DNA of 32,000 nt from Synechococcus elongatus PCC 6301. GTDB taxonomy: Bacteria; Cyanobacteriota; Cyanobacteriia; Synechococcales; Synechococcaceae. Position 1 is the stretch's first letter. Every line of letters begins with the position of its first letter. Made by a program: the position numbers and the translations under genes. The notes under the pieces were generated by a model that had not been told where the DNA came from, made no database searches, and saw nothing but the letters and a program-made list of their open reading frames with translations. The DNA lies in the NCBI RefSeq assembly GCF_000010065.1, contig NC_006576.1, positions 1,170,001 through 1,202,000 on the forward strand, written 5' to 3'. Positions 1 through 12,251 of this stretch are shown here, piece by piece.

Positions 1-342
1 ATGGCGGGAAAAGGGTTCGGCTTCAGCCTCGGCAAAATGAAAGAGCTTGCTGATGCCTTCAAAAAAGCGCAGCAAGTGCAAGAAGGCGCCAAGCAGGTTC
101 AAGAAGACCTCAACAACATGGAAATCGAAGGCCAAGCCCAGGGTGGCTTGGTCAAAGTCTGGGTCAGTGGCAACCAAGAGCCTCTACGTGCTGAAATTGC
201 CCCCGAGGCCCTGAATGAAGGGGCAGAAGTGCTGTCTGAACTCGTGGCTGCAGCAATGAAGGATGCCTACCAAAAATCTACTGCTGCCATGAAAGAGAAA
301 ATGGAAGCGTTGACTGCTGGCTTGGGTATTCCTGGCCTCTAA
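1..342 (+). CDS. YbaB/EbfC-family nucleoid-associated DNA-binding protein
   Basis: 113-aa ORF beginning at window base 1. Core [24 protein letters not shown]...[15 protein letters not shown] is typical of the YbaB family, and the size matches (about 110 aa). Confidence 0.8.
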
Positions 343-365
343 TTGCTGATTAGTGTGAAAGATAG

Positions 366-395
366 CGGGGCGATCGTAAGGTCTCCCCGTTTTTG
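366..395 (+). terminator. Putative intrinsic terminator after the ybaB-like gene
   Basis: GGGGCGA / TCTCCCC stem with one mismatch, followed by GTTTTT at 389-394. Confidence 0.45.
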
Positions 396-432
396 CTGTT
401 TAGGTTGGTTGCGATCGCAGAGGAAGTTTGCA

Positions 433-924
433 ATGACCGTCAAAGTACTGTTCGTCTGTCTGGGCAACATCTGCCGTTCGCCCTCGGCAGAAAACATCAT
501 GAATCACTTGCTCGCTGAAGCAGGACTCGATCGCGCCGTGCGCTGCGATTCTGCTGGGACTGCCAGCTATCACGTCGGCAATCCACCCGATCGCCGCATG
601 ACGGCTGCTGCCCGCGAACAAGGCATCACCATGCAGGGCAAAGCCCGCCAGTTTCATCGCACGGATTTTGAGCAGTTCGACCTGATTCTGGCGATGGACG
701 ACGAAAACTACGAGGATATTGTGGCCCTCGATCGCGCCGGTGAGTATCGCCACAAGGTGCGGCGCATGTGCGAGTTCTGCCGCGAGTTTCGCGATCGCGA
801 AGTGCCCGATCCCTACTACGGTGGTCCCGAAGGATTTCGTTATGTGATCAATCTGCTGCTCGATGCCTGTGGCGGACTGCTTGAGCACTTACAACAAGAG
901 GGACTGATTAAAACTCACCGCTAA
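433..924 (+). CDS. Low-molecular-weight protein-tyrosine phosphatase
   Basis: Starts MTVKVLFVCLGNICRSPSAE (the CX5R(S/T) P-loop), with a DPYYGG acid loop near the C-terminus. ATG 433 is preferred over the upstream alternative start of ORF 343-924. Confidence 0.85.
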   Translation: MTVKVLFVCLGNICRSPSAENIMNHLLAEAGLDRAVRCDSAGTASYHVGNPPDRRMTAAAREQGITMQGKARQFHRTDFEQFDLILAMDDENYEDIVALDRAGEYRHKVRRMCEFCREFRDREVPDPYYGGPEGFRYVINLLLDACGGLLEHLQQEGLIKTHR

Positions 925-1511
925 TGATTTCCTCTATTGATGCGCAATCTCTCCTCGATTTCTGGTTTGGCAAGCCTACTGACCCGGAGTATGGTCTACC
1001 GCGATCGCCGTGGTTCCAGAAGTCAGAGACATTTGATGCCGAGATGCGCGATCGCTTCTTGGGCCTTTACGAGCAAGTCTGCGCTAAGGGAGTTGATCTG
1101 GAGGCGATCGCTACGCCCCAGCAGGCACTGGCATTGCTACTGTTGTTCGATCAAGTACCGCGCAACTGTTTCCGCGATCGCCCCGAAGCCTTTGCCACCG
1201 ATCCCTTGGCTCTAGCGATCGCCAATCACTGCCTAGTCCAAGGCTGGGATCAGCAACTGCTGCCAGTGCAGCGTTGGTTTGTCTACCTGCCCTTGGAACA
1301 CAGCGAAAATCTTGCTGACCAAGATCGGGCGGTTGCTTTGTTTGAAGCGCTAGGGGATGACCCGATCCATACAGGTGCGATCGCCTATGCCCATCAGCAC
1401 CACGAGATCATTGCGCGGTTTGGCCGCTTCCCTCACCGAAACGAGATTCTTGGGCGATCTTCCACACCAGAAGAACTCGCTTTCCTACAACAGCCGGGCT
1501 CGCGCTTCTAA
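924..1511 (+). CDS. DUF924-family protein
   Basis: FWFG..., LLLFDQVPRNCFR, YLPLEHSE and HHEIIARFGRFPHRNEILGRSSTPEELAFL match my memory of the DUF924 consensus. The ATG overlaps the ptp stop (TAATG). Confidence 0.7.
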   Translation: MISSIDAQSLLDFWFGKPTDPEYGLPRSPWFQKSETFDAEMRDRFLGLYEQVCAKGVDLEAIATPQQALALLLLFDQVPRNCFRDRPEAFATDPLALAIANHCLVQGWDQQLLPVQRWFVYLPLEHSENLADQDRAVALFEALGDDPIHTGAIAYAHQHHEIIARFGRFPHRNEILGRSSTPEELAFLQQPGSRF

Positions 1512-1567
1512 TCTCAGCTGTGTTAGTCCCAGCAACCCATGTCCACAGCGACTAAAATCTAGCCACA

Positions 1568-2005
1568 ATGCTTGATAGCGATCGGCGCGAGGGCTTGCTG
1601 CCGCCCCTGCGAGTTCTCCTCACTCTCTTACTGGCCATCGGAGTCATCTTTCGTAGCTATGAGCCACAAGACATCACCCTCCCTTGGACCGGACTCTCGC
1701 TCCCCTTCATCCCCGACAGCCGTGCCGAACTCTTCGACGCCGCCTACAACTGCTTCTGGATCGCGACCTTGGTGGCGATCGCTCTTGTCCTTCTTGAATG
1801 GGACGGCCAGCGAATTGGACGAAATCGACGCGCTGAAAGCCGAAACCGAGATGCTGCAAGAGAACAACAAGAAGCTCGCCGAGCTCGAATCCAAGCTCAA
1901 GTCCTTGTGGCGATCGGACAGCAGCAACTCAACGACAGCGCCGAATCCCGACAACGGCTAGCTGACGCGATCGCTCTGCTTCAGGAGTACGGCGATCTGT
2001 TATGA
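1568..2005 (+). CDS. Hypothetical membrane protein (two predicted TM helices) with a charged C-terminal half; the coding frame appears to change near 1811 (see findings)
   Basis: 145-aa ORF. Hydrophobic helices LLPPLRVLLTLLLAIGVIF and FWIATLVAIALVLL with good codon usage up to about 1810. After that, codon usage favours the overlapping frame of ORF 1572-1961. Confidence 0.5.
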   Translation: MLDSDRREGLLPPLRVLLTLLLAIGVIFRSYEPQDITLPWTGLSLPFIPDSRAELFDAAYNCFWIATLVAIALVLLEWDGQRIGRNRRAESRNRDAAREQQEARRARIQAQVLVAIGQQQLNDSAESRQRLADAIALLQEYGDLL

Positions 2006-2101
2006 CAATCTCGTTTTCGCTGAGGCAGTAGCTCACTGACTGTTCATGAGCGCTGAAGCTCGCGCTTTGCCCGACAGTGGCAAGAAAGTCGATCCCTTTT
2101 G

Positions 2102-2575
2102 ATGCAATACCGTGAGTTATCCGCCAGTGAATGGCCTTGGCCGTTATTACTAGAGGCGGATCCTAGCCGAGAGCAAATCGAGCGCTACATTCATGATTCG
2201 ACGGTACTCGGGATGTTCAACGAGCAGACGGTCATCGGTGTGATCGTCCTGCAAGCGCAGTCCCCACAAGTCTTTGAGGTGATGAATCTGGCGGTTGAAC
2301 CCGACTATCGCGGCCAAGGGATTGGTAAGGCACTGATGGTCGCAGCGATCGCGCGAGCACAAGCTGAGGGAGGACGACGACTGATTGTCGCCACAGGGAA
2401 CTCTAGTCTCGATCCCTTGGCATTTTATCAGAAGCTAGGGTTCAGCCTCGAAGCCTGTGAGCCGGACTACTTTGTCCGCACTTATCCGACTCCCATCTTT
2501 GAAAATGGCCTGCAATGCCGCGATCGCCTTTGGCTAGGCCTCTCCCTAGAGTCAGATGGCAAGCGTCCGCTTTGA
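2102..2575 (+). CDS. GNAT-family N-acetyltransferase
   Basis: Acetyl-CoA binding motif VEPDYRGQGIGKALM followed by FYQKLGF; about 157 aa, typical GNAT size. Confidence 0.8.
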   Translation: MQYRELSASEWPWPLLLEADPSREQIERYIHDSTVLGMFNEQTVIGVIVLQAQSPQVFEVMNLAVEPDYRGQGIGKALMVAAIARAQAEGGRRLIVATGNSSLDPLAFYQKLGFSLEACEPDYFVRTYPTPIFENGLQCRDRLWLGLSLESDGKRPL

Positions 2576-2690
2576 GATCAGCCGTTTTTTAGCAGTGCAC
2601 TCGCAGCCTAGACAGGGCGAACACTCACTCTCATTCAGCACCACTGCGATAGGCCAGCCAGAATCCTAAGCGGTCAGGCGATAGTAGTAA

Positions 2691-3824
<1,134 letters not shown>

Positions 3825-3829
3825 TCGCC

Positions 3830-4666
3830 ATGGAACTGCTTTCTTCACACCGCAGCTTTGGCGGCTGGCAGCAGCGCTACGGCTTTAAGTCCACTTCACT
3901 GAATAGTGAGACAACCCTCTCGGTTTATCTACCGCCACAAGCTGATCGAGGTTCTGTGCCGCTGCTCTATTGGCTCTCAGGGCTGACCTGTACAGACGAA
4001 AATTTCGTCACCAAAGCGGGGGCGCAGCGTGCTGCTGCGGAATTGGGATTGGCGATCGCTGCTCCCGATACGAGTCCCCGCGGGGCAGCTGTTGCGGATG
4101 ATGCCGGCTGGGATCTCGGTCAAGGTGCAGGCTTTTACGTTGATGCGACGCAGGATCCTTGGCGATCGCACTACCAAATGGCGACCTACGTTCGGGATGA
4201 GTTGCCGGCATTACTGGCAGCACACTTTCCAGCGATCGACTGCGATCGCGCGGGGATTTCCGGTCATTCGATGGGCGGTCACGGCGCATTGACTTTAGCG
4301 CTGAACAACCCCGATCGCTATCGCTCAGCTTCGGCCTTTGCCCCGATCGCCGCACCCAGCCAATGTCCTTGGGGTGAGAAAGCCCTGACCGCTTACCTCG
4401 GAAGCGATCGCAGCGCGTGGCTGACCTACGATGCCTGCGAATGTTTGAAGACCAGCGCTTGGGATCGACCGATCTTGGTGGATCAAGGTGAAGCCGATGA
4501 GTTTCTTGCCGGTCAACTGTTGCCGCAGCAGCTAGAACAGGCAGCGCAAGCAGCAGGAAAAGCACTGACCCTGCGCTACCAGCCGGACTACAACCACAGC
4601 TACTTTTTCATCGCCAGCTTCATTGATGATCACCTGCGCTTCCACGCTGAGCAGCTAGGGAGCTGA
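3830..4666 (+). CDS. frmB: S-formylglutathione hydrolase (esterase D family)
   Basis: 278 aa with [14 protein letters not shown] and the serine-hydrolase motif [10 protein letters not shown]; starts 5 nt after frmA, so a likely operon. Confidence 0.9.
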   Translation: MELLSSHRSFGGWQQRYGFKSTSLNSETTLSVYLPPQADRGSVPLLYWLSGLTCTDENFVTKAGAQRAAAELGLAIAAPDTSPRGAAVADDAGWDLGQGAGFYVDATQDPWRSHYQMATYVRDELPALLAAHFPAIDCDRAGISGHSMGGHGALTLALNNPDRYRSASAFAPIAAPSQCPWGEKALTAYLGSDRSAWLTYDACECLKTSAWDRPILVDQGEADEFLAGQLLPQQLEQAAQAAGKALTLRYQPDYNHSYFFIASFIDDHLRFHAEQLGS

Positions 4667-4701
4667 GTCTTGTCCTTCGACTGTGAGCCTTGGGACTGCC
4701 A

Positions 4702-5319
4702 CTAGTGAAGGGATGGCAAAACTCGCAATGCAAAAGCTTTCCCAACAGCAGAGGTCTTTTTAGCGGATGTTTCTGGTGACTGGTCAATAGTATCGGCTGC
4801 AGTCATGAGGAACAAATAAGTGGGGAGATTTCCTGCCAAAGCTCCGATCGCTTGCAACTGGTGAATGGAAGACTGAACAGTTGTAATCACATCTTCAAGA
4901 CTTGCTGGAGAGGCGTTTTCCTTGAGCCAGCGATGAACAGTATTTAGCAGCCCTTGAACAAGCATTGTTTGATTTGCACTGATTAGCCCATTGATGACGC
5001 ATAGAAGATTATCAATGACAGCAGTCTCATAATCGGCCATCAATAAACCGTTGACTGCATCCAGCAAGGAAGGAGTGAGCGAGCTATGACCCTTGAGGGC
5101 TGCAGTGAGGCTTGCAAGATCAAGAGAGTCACTGATCTGGAGTAAATCACTCAAATTCTGAAGCGCGATATTTCCAGTATCGGCAAGCTCTGGTGAGAGG
5201 CTACCCTGACCTGAGCGATCGCTTTTCACAACATATAGCGAGTTCATCCTGAGACTCTCCCAAACCACAAAAATCAGTTGTCCAAGAGAGATACGTTCAG
5301 TGTCGCTGAGCGGATGCAT
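4702..5319 (-). CDS. Hypothetical protein with no recognisable domain, in a locally AT-richer segment
   Basis: 205-aa ORF, the only long ORF in the region; helical, Leu/Ser-rich. No motif I recognise. Followed upstream by an AT-rich spacer at 5320-5480. Confidence 0.45.
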   Translation of the reverse strand: MHPLSDTERISLGQLIFVVWESLRMNSLYVVKSDRSGQGSLSPELADTGNIALQNLSDLLQISDSLDLASLTAALKGHSSLTPSLLDAVNGLLMADYETAVIDNLLCVINGLISANQTMLVQGLLNTVHRWLKENASPASLEDVITTVQSSIHQLQAIGALAGNLPTYLFLMTAADTIDQSPETSAKKTSAVGKAFALRVLPSLH

Positions 5320-5482
5320 CTGATCGGAAAATTTTAGTGGTGCGGCATAAGTCGAGTGCTGGAACTTTTAAATTCTGAATTAAAACCAATGAAATACAAG
5401 GTTTTAGACAGCTATCTTGTACTTAGATGCAACTGGTTTCTTGTCCCACATCCTGCTGGATAATCGGCAGATATACAGAATC

Positions 5483-5507
5483 GGGGAGATGGCATTGCCA
5501 CCTCCCC
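5483..5507 (-). terminator. Hairpin downstream of psbK (putative terminator)
   Basis: GGGGAGATGGC / GCCACCTCCCC inverted repeat with one mismatch, 28 nt after the psbK stop on the minus strand, followed by a moderately U-rich tract. Confidence 0.5.
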
Positions 5508-5534
5508 GATCGCGTAAAGCTTGTGTGTTGAGTC

Positions 5535-5672
5535 TTAGCGGAAGCCGACTGCTGCTTGCCACACGAAGGCGAGCAAGAGGAAGAACACCGGAATCACAGG
5601 CAGTACGTCTACCAAGGGATCGAAGATTTGGTAGGCTTCCGGCAATTTCGCCAAGAGCAATGCAGCTTCCAT
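5535..5672 (-). CDS. psbK: Photosystem II reaction-centre protein K
   Basis: Internal ATG at 5672 of ORF 5535-5762 gives the 45-aa [45 protein letters not shown], the conserved PsbK sequence. Confidence 0.9.
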
Positions 5673-5725
5673 CGTTGAACTCCCTTCTCTGAACGCAAGA
5701 CTCGACTCAGTTGTTCTGAATGCTA

Positions 5726-7644
<1,919 letters not shown>

Positions 7645-7664
<20 letters not shown>

Positions 7665-8858
7665 TCCAAACCGGCACGGTGAAGACGAAGGCTACACCCG
7701 TTTTGGGTAAGTCTGGCTGGTAAGCCGCTGCAGGGCTGTAGCAGCGTAAATCACCGCCGACAGACTGGCTGAGGTCACGAGCGATCGCTAAACCCAAGCC
7801 GCTGCCGGGAATTTCGCCCTTCCCTTGGACACCACGAAAATTGCGCTCGAATAGGTGCGGTAAGTCTTCTGCTGGGATCTGAGGACCGTCATCCCAAACG
7901 CAGAAGGCGATCGCAGCGGTATCCAAAGCCACCCAACTTAAACCGATGCAGCCCGACACTGGTGTGTATTTGCAGGCGTTTTCTAGCAAATTCCCCAGAA
8001 TTTCCTGCAGGGTGCTGGCGGGTGCCAAGACGGGAGGCAGCGGTCGCCAATCTTGCACTTCAAAGGCCAGCCCTTTCTCCTGGGCGATCGCGACGGTTCG
8101 CTCAATTAACAGCGGCAAATAATCATCAACTTCTGTCGGAATCTGCGGCGAAGCCGAGTTTAACAACAGTGGATTCGCACTGGGTAAAGCCGCGGTCGGA
8201 GCGGACTGGGAAGGTGAGTTGAGCAAGTTGAGGAGATCAGCTAGGCGATCGCTCTCTCGCAGCAAGCTCGCTGCTAACTGACGATTGCGTTCCTCGGGTT
8301 GCATACGGCGCAACAACAATTTGGCAAAGGTGCGCAGCGCCGTCAGCGGATTTTTGATCTGGTGTAGTAGAACCTCGAGCCGATCTTGCTCTTGAAGCTG
8401 CCAGTAATCGCGGTGCTGCAGTTGTTGTTGCAACAGCTGATTTTGTTGATCGAGCGATCGCCCCAGGGCCAAGGTGTCCGCAATTTGCTCCAGTTGTAGG
8501 GCTTCAGGTTCCGTCCAGTCGCGATCGTCACGACGGGTCACCAACAAGCCCAAAACTTGGTCGCCCTGCCGCAGCGGAATCCAGCGCTGATAAGACAGCT
8601 CGCCCATTTCTGAAGAGCGCATGAACTGCTCAATCGGCAGGGCCAATTTCGGGGCCGGCACGGATACAGCACTGTCACGAACTGGCGCCAAGGTGGATTG
8701 CGCGTAACCGGATAGAGGGCAATCGGCACTAGCATGGTTGCCGAGTCCTGCGCTTGGGGATCGACGAGGTAAACAGCACTGAGACTGGCCCCCAGCGCTT
8801 GGCTCAACAATTCGAGTTGCGCTTGGCAAATCTGCGAAAACTCGACCCCGGTCGTCAT
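7645..8858 (-). CDS. hik2: GAF-domain sensor histidine kinase (Hik2/CSK-like), reading frame interrupted by an apparent 1-nt indel near 8700
   Basis: H-box HQIKNPLTALRTFAKLL, N-box LGNLLENACKYT, G1 VWDDGPQIP and G2 GSGLGLAIA lie in the frame of ORF 7645-8934. The plausible GAF N-terminus MTTGVEFSQICQAQLELLSQALGASLSAVYLVDP...LVPIALYP lies in the frame of ORF 8538-8858. 8858-7645+1 = 1214 nt, which is not a multiple of 3. Confidence 0.75.
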
Positions 8859-9044
8859 CCACGATCCCCATCAATCTGAGACGGAGCTCTGCCAAGCCTA
8901 ACGCGAGCCTTTGCCCACAGCCTAGCGAGATCAAGGATAGGGGGACTGCTTAAAGAGGTGAGCGATCGCACCAAACTTAAAAAGTCATAAGGAAACTGAT
9001 ACGGACTGTAACGTCCGGCTTGTGCGACCCCAGCACTATCTATA

Positions 9045-9481
9045 TGATGGAAGTTAATTTTGTATTGACAATTACAGAGCGTTCAGTTCTTTTTGGGCTG
9101 CTTGAAGCTCTGGGTAACGTGCAAGATCGGCCGAACCGAGGGGGTAAAGTCGTGGCGAGAAGACGGAAACGGAAAAGTCGGCGGCGTCTAGAAGGACGGA
9201 AAATTCTCGACTTGGTGCCTCAATATAGCATCGACAGTGGCGATGACAAGCCTGTGACGGCTGCTCGCAACTTCATCCATTCCGAGAAAATTGCACCGCC
9301 GGCTCTGCTGTTGGTCAAGCGCAACGAACACACGACCGATCGCTACTTCTGGGCCGAAAAAGGCCTATTCGGCGCTCAGTACGTTGAAGAGAATCACTTC
9401 TTGTTCCCCAGTCTGCGTGCCCTCCTAGAAGAGGAAGAAGAGTACGAAGACGAAGAAGAACCGATGTTGGCGACCTGCTAG
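9045..9481 (+). CDS. Hypothetical protein with a basic cluster (RRRKRKSRRR) and an acidic tail (EEEEEYEDEEEP)
   Basis: The only sizeable ORF here, followed by a good terminator. Start is uncertain (TTG 9020, ATG 9045/9048 or later). No domain recognised. Confidence 0.5.
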
Positions 9482-9522
9482 GTCGGCGATCGGGCTCACT
9501 CACTCCGTTGTAGTTTGTGTTG

Positions 9523-9559
9523 AAAAGCGTAGCGATCGCTCAAGATCCCTACGCTTTTT
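9523..9559. terminator. Bidirectional intrinsic terminator between convergent genes
   Basis: AAAAGCGTAG ... CTACGCTTTTT: stem flanked by an A-run and a T-run, between the plus-strand ORF ending at 9481 and the minus-strand esterase gene ending at 9581. Confidence 0.6.
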
Positions 9560-9580
9560 GCTGGATGCTCTCTCGGGAAT

Positions 9581-10219
9581 TCAGTCGCTGGCCACCGCAG
9601 TGTGGGGTGGCAGTTGCTGATTCAAAAAGTCGCGCAGTGCGGCGATCGCAGGGCGATCGATCCAGTGACCGCTCTGTGTTGGGAGGAGCTGACTTTGGCA
9701 ACCAGCCGCTTGGAGCCGTTGGTGAATCTCTTCACCCGCTGCGAAGGGAACGACCGGATCGATCGTCCCATGGGTAACGATCGCGGTTGGTGTTAGGGCC
9801 TTAGGCCATTCGAGCGACGGATGCCAATAGCCGCTGCAGATCATCAAGCCTTTGACGGGCAGCAGAGCGCCCATTTCCAAAGTCATGGCAGCTCCTTGCG
9901 AAAAGCCCAATAGCAGTGTGCTCGATAGCGGTTGTTGGGTTTGCGCGGGTAACGCCAGCAACCAAGCTTTTAGTGCAGCGATCGCTTCGGACAAGCCTGG
10001 CCAATCGGTCTGGTAGAGGTCGTACCACATGCGACCGGCTTCTGTGCCTGGGCAAGTCAGCGGCGCTTCGACGGACCAGAGGTCCAGATCTGGTCGCGCA
10101 AACTCGGCATCGAGTCCGAGGAGATCCTCTGCATTCGCCCCAAAGCCATGGAGCAGCACCACTTGTCCGGCAGCAGGAGCGATCGCCGGGCGATGGCGAG
10201 CAGTCAGCATTATGGTCAT
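9581..10219 (-). CDS. Alpha/beta hydrolase, phospholipase/carboxylesterase family
   Basis: 212 aa with VVLLHGFGAN, the nucleophile elbow GFSQGAAM, and a late THGTIDPVVP...SGHWI (Asp/His of the triad). Confidence 0.8.
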   Translation of the reverse strand: MTIMLTARHRPAIAPAAGQVVLLHGFGANAEDLLGLDAEFARPDLDLWSVEAPLTCPGTEAGRMWYDLYQTDWPGLSEAIAALKAWLLALPAQTQQPLSSTLLLGFSQGAAMTLEMGALLPVKGLMICSGYWHPSLEWPKALTPTAIVTHGTIDPVVPFAAGEEIHQRLQAAGCQSQLLPTQSGHWIDRPAIAALRDFLNQQLPPHTAVASD

Positions 10220-10291
10220 CCCAAGGCTTCCAGTCAGGTGACGCTATTCTCGCAAGCCTGACCCGGAGCTGCCGTTTTCCGCAAAAGAAGA

Positions 10292-10356
10292 GCCTCTAGC
10301 GATTGCTAGAGGCCGAAAAACAGCTTCTCCTGCTTTCGGGTTGGTGGAGAAGTCTG
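10292..10356 (-). terminator. Two tandem intrinsic terminator hairpins on the minus strand
   Basis: Read on the minus strand: CAGACUUCUCC-15 nt-GGAGAAGCUG + UUUUU (10356-10316), then GCCUCUAGC-AAUC-GCUAGAGGC + UCUUCUUUUG (10313-10283). No protein gene lies directly upstream on that strand. Confidence 0.55.
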
Positions 10357-10491
10357 AGCTGTTTGCAGTCTGGCTGAGGAGTCCTTAGAAGATCCAGAGT
10401 CTTCAATGAAATGTGAGCTTTGCAAAAGCAGGGACTTTCTTGCCCATGAAGGAATGCTCAGAGTGCGATCGCTGCGCCTCAATCCTCAGCC
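10316..10491 (-). ncRNA. Candidate small structured RNA or leader ending at the tandem terminators (5' end unknown)
   Basis: 9-bp long-range inverted repeat GGCTGAGGA (10372-10380) / TCCTCAGCC (10483-10491). Local hairpin GAAGA-7 nt-TCTTC (10388-10404). Predicted unpaired GGACUCCUCAGCC, then a terminator. No convincing ORF (the only ATG ORF is 14 aa). Confidence 0.3.
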
Positions 10492-10584
10492 TTAGAACTT
10501 TTCAAGCGACTCGCCAACCCCAAGAGCCGCCAAGCAATCGCGGCCTGCGTCACAATGGCGGGTAGTTGAACCTTCCGAGATGGC

Positions 10585-10830
10585 ATGGCTACAGAGACTT
10601 TGGCCCTGACGCCCGAAAACGTAGAAACCGTCCTGGACGAGCTGCGCCCCTACCTCATTGCCGATGGCGGCAACGTCGAACTGGTTGAGTTGGATGGCCC
10701 AATCGTCAAGCTGCGCCTCAATGGTGCCTGCGGCTCCTGCCCCAGCTCGACCATGACCCTGCGCATGGGCATTGAACGCAAGCTGCGGGAATCGATTCCT
10801 GAAATTTCTGAAGTCGAACAGGTCTTCTAA
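10585..10830 (+). CDS. nfu: NifU-like (Nfu) Fe-S cluster scaffold domain protein
   Basis: 81 aa; [36 protein letters not shown] is the Nfu C-terminal domain CxxC signature. Confidence 0.85.
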   Translation: MATETLALTPENVETVLDELRPYLIADGGNVELVELDGPIVKLRLNGACGSCPSSTMTLRMGIERKLRESIPEISEVEQVF

Positions 10831-10873
10831 AAACGCCTGCATTTAGTTGAGCACCGCCACGCCAGTATGCTGA

Positions 10874-12205
<1,332 letters not shown>

Positions 12206-12251
12206 AGCGCCGGTGTCAGAATAGAGCCATTGACCCTCCTAAGGATTGCGC

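Noticed and set aside
400-888. 162-aa minus-strand ORF; the same applies to 6302-6856(+), 10718-11197(-), 12429-13037(-), 4008-4565(-), 30599-31120(+), 20376-20720(-) and other short ORFs nested in called genes
   Set aside because: All are antisense or out of frame relative to genes with strong family motifs (ptp, tgt, serS, rseP, frmB, dxs, nagA). They are shadow ORFs.
10316-10404. Identification of the candidate sRNA as Yfr1
   Set aside because: Only the architecture and 8 of 11 positions of the remembered ACUCCUCACAC box match, and the element is longer than the roughly 55-65 nt I recall for Yfr1. It is kept as an unnamed candidate only.
10425-10445. GGGCAAGAAAGTCCCTGC on the minus strand, resembling the RNase P RNA P4 motif GAGGAAAGUCC
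   Set aside because: The spacer is far too short for a roughly 400-nt RNase P RNA and lacks the other conserved helices, so I treat it as coincidental.
10316-10491. 6S RNA (ssaA) as an explanation for the structured spacer
   Set aside because: The 5'/3' complementarity is only 9 bp. I could not draw the long interrupted helix with a central bubble that defines 6S RNA.
10492-10842. 116-aa minus-strand ORF that could have explained the minus-strand terminators at 10283-10356
   Set aside because: It is antisense to the well-supported nfu gene over most of its length and has a junk-like composition, so the terminators more likely belong to a non-coding transcript or leader.
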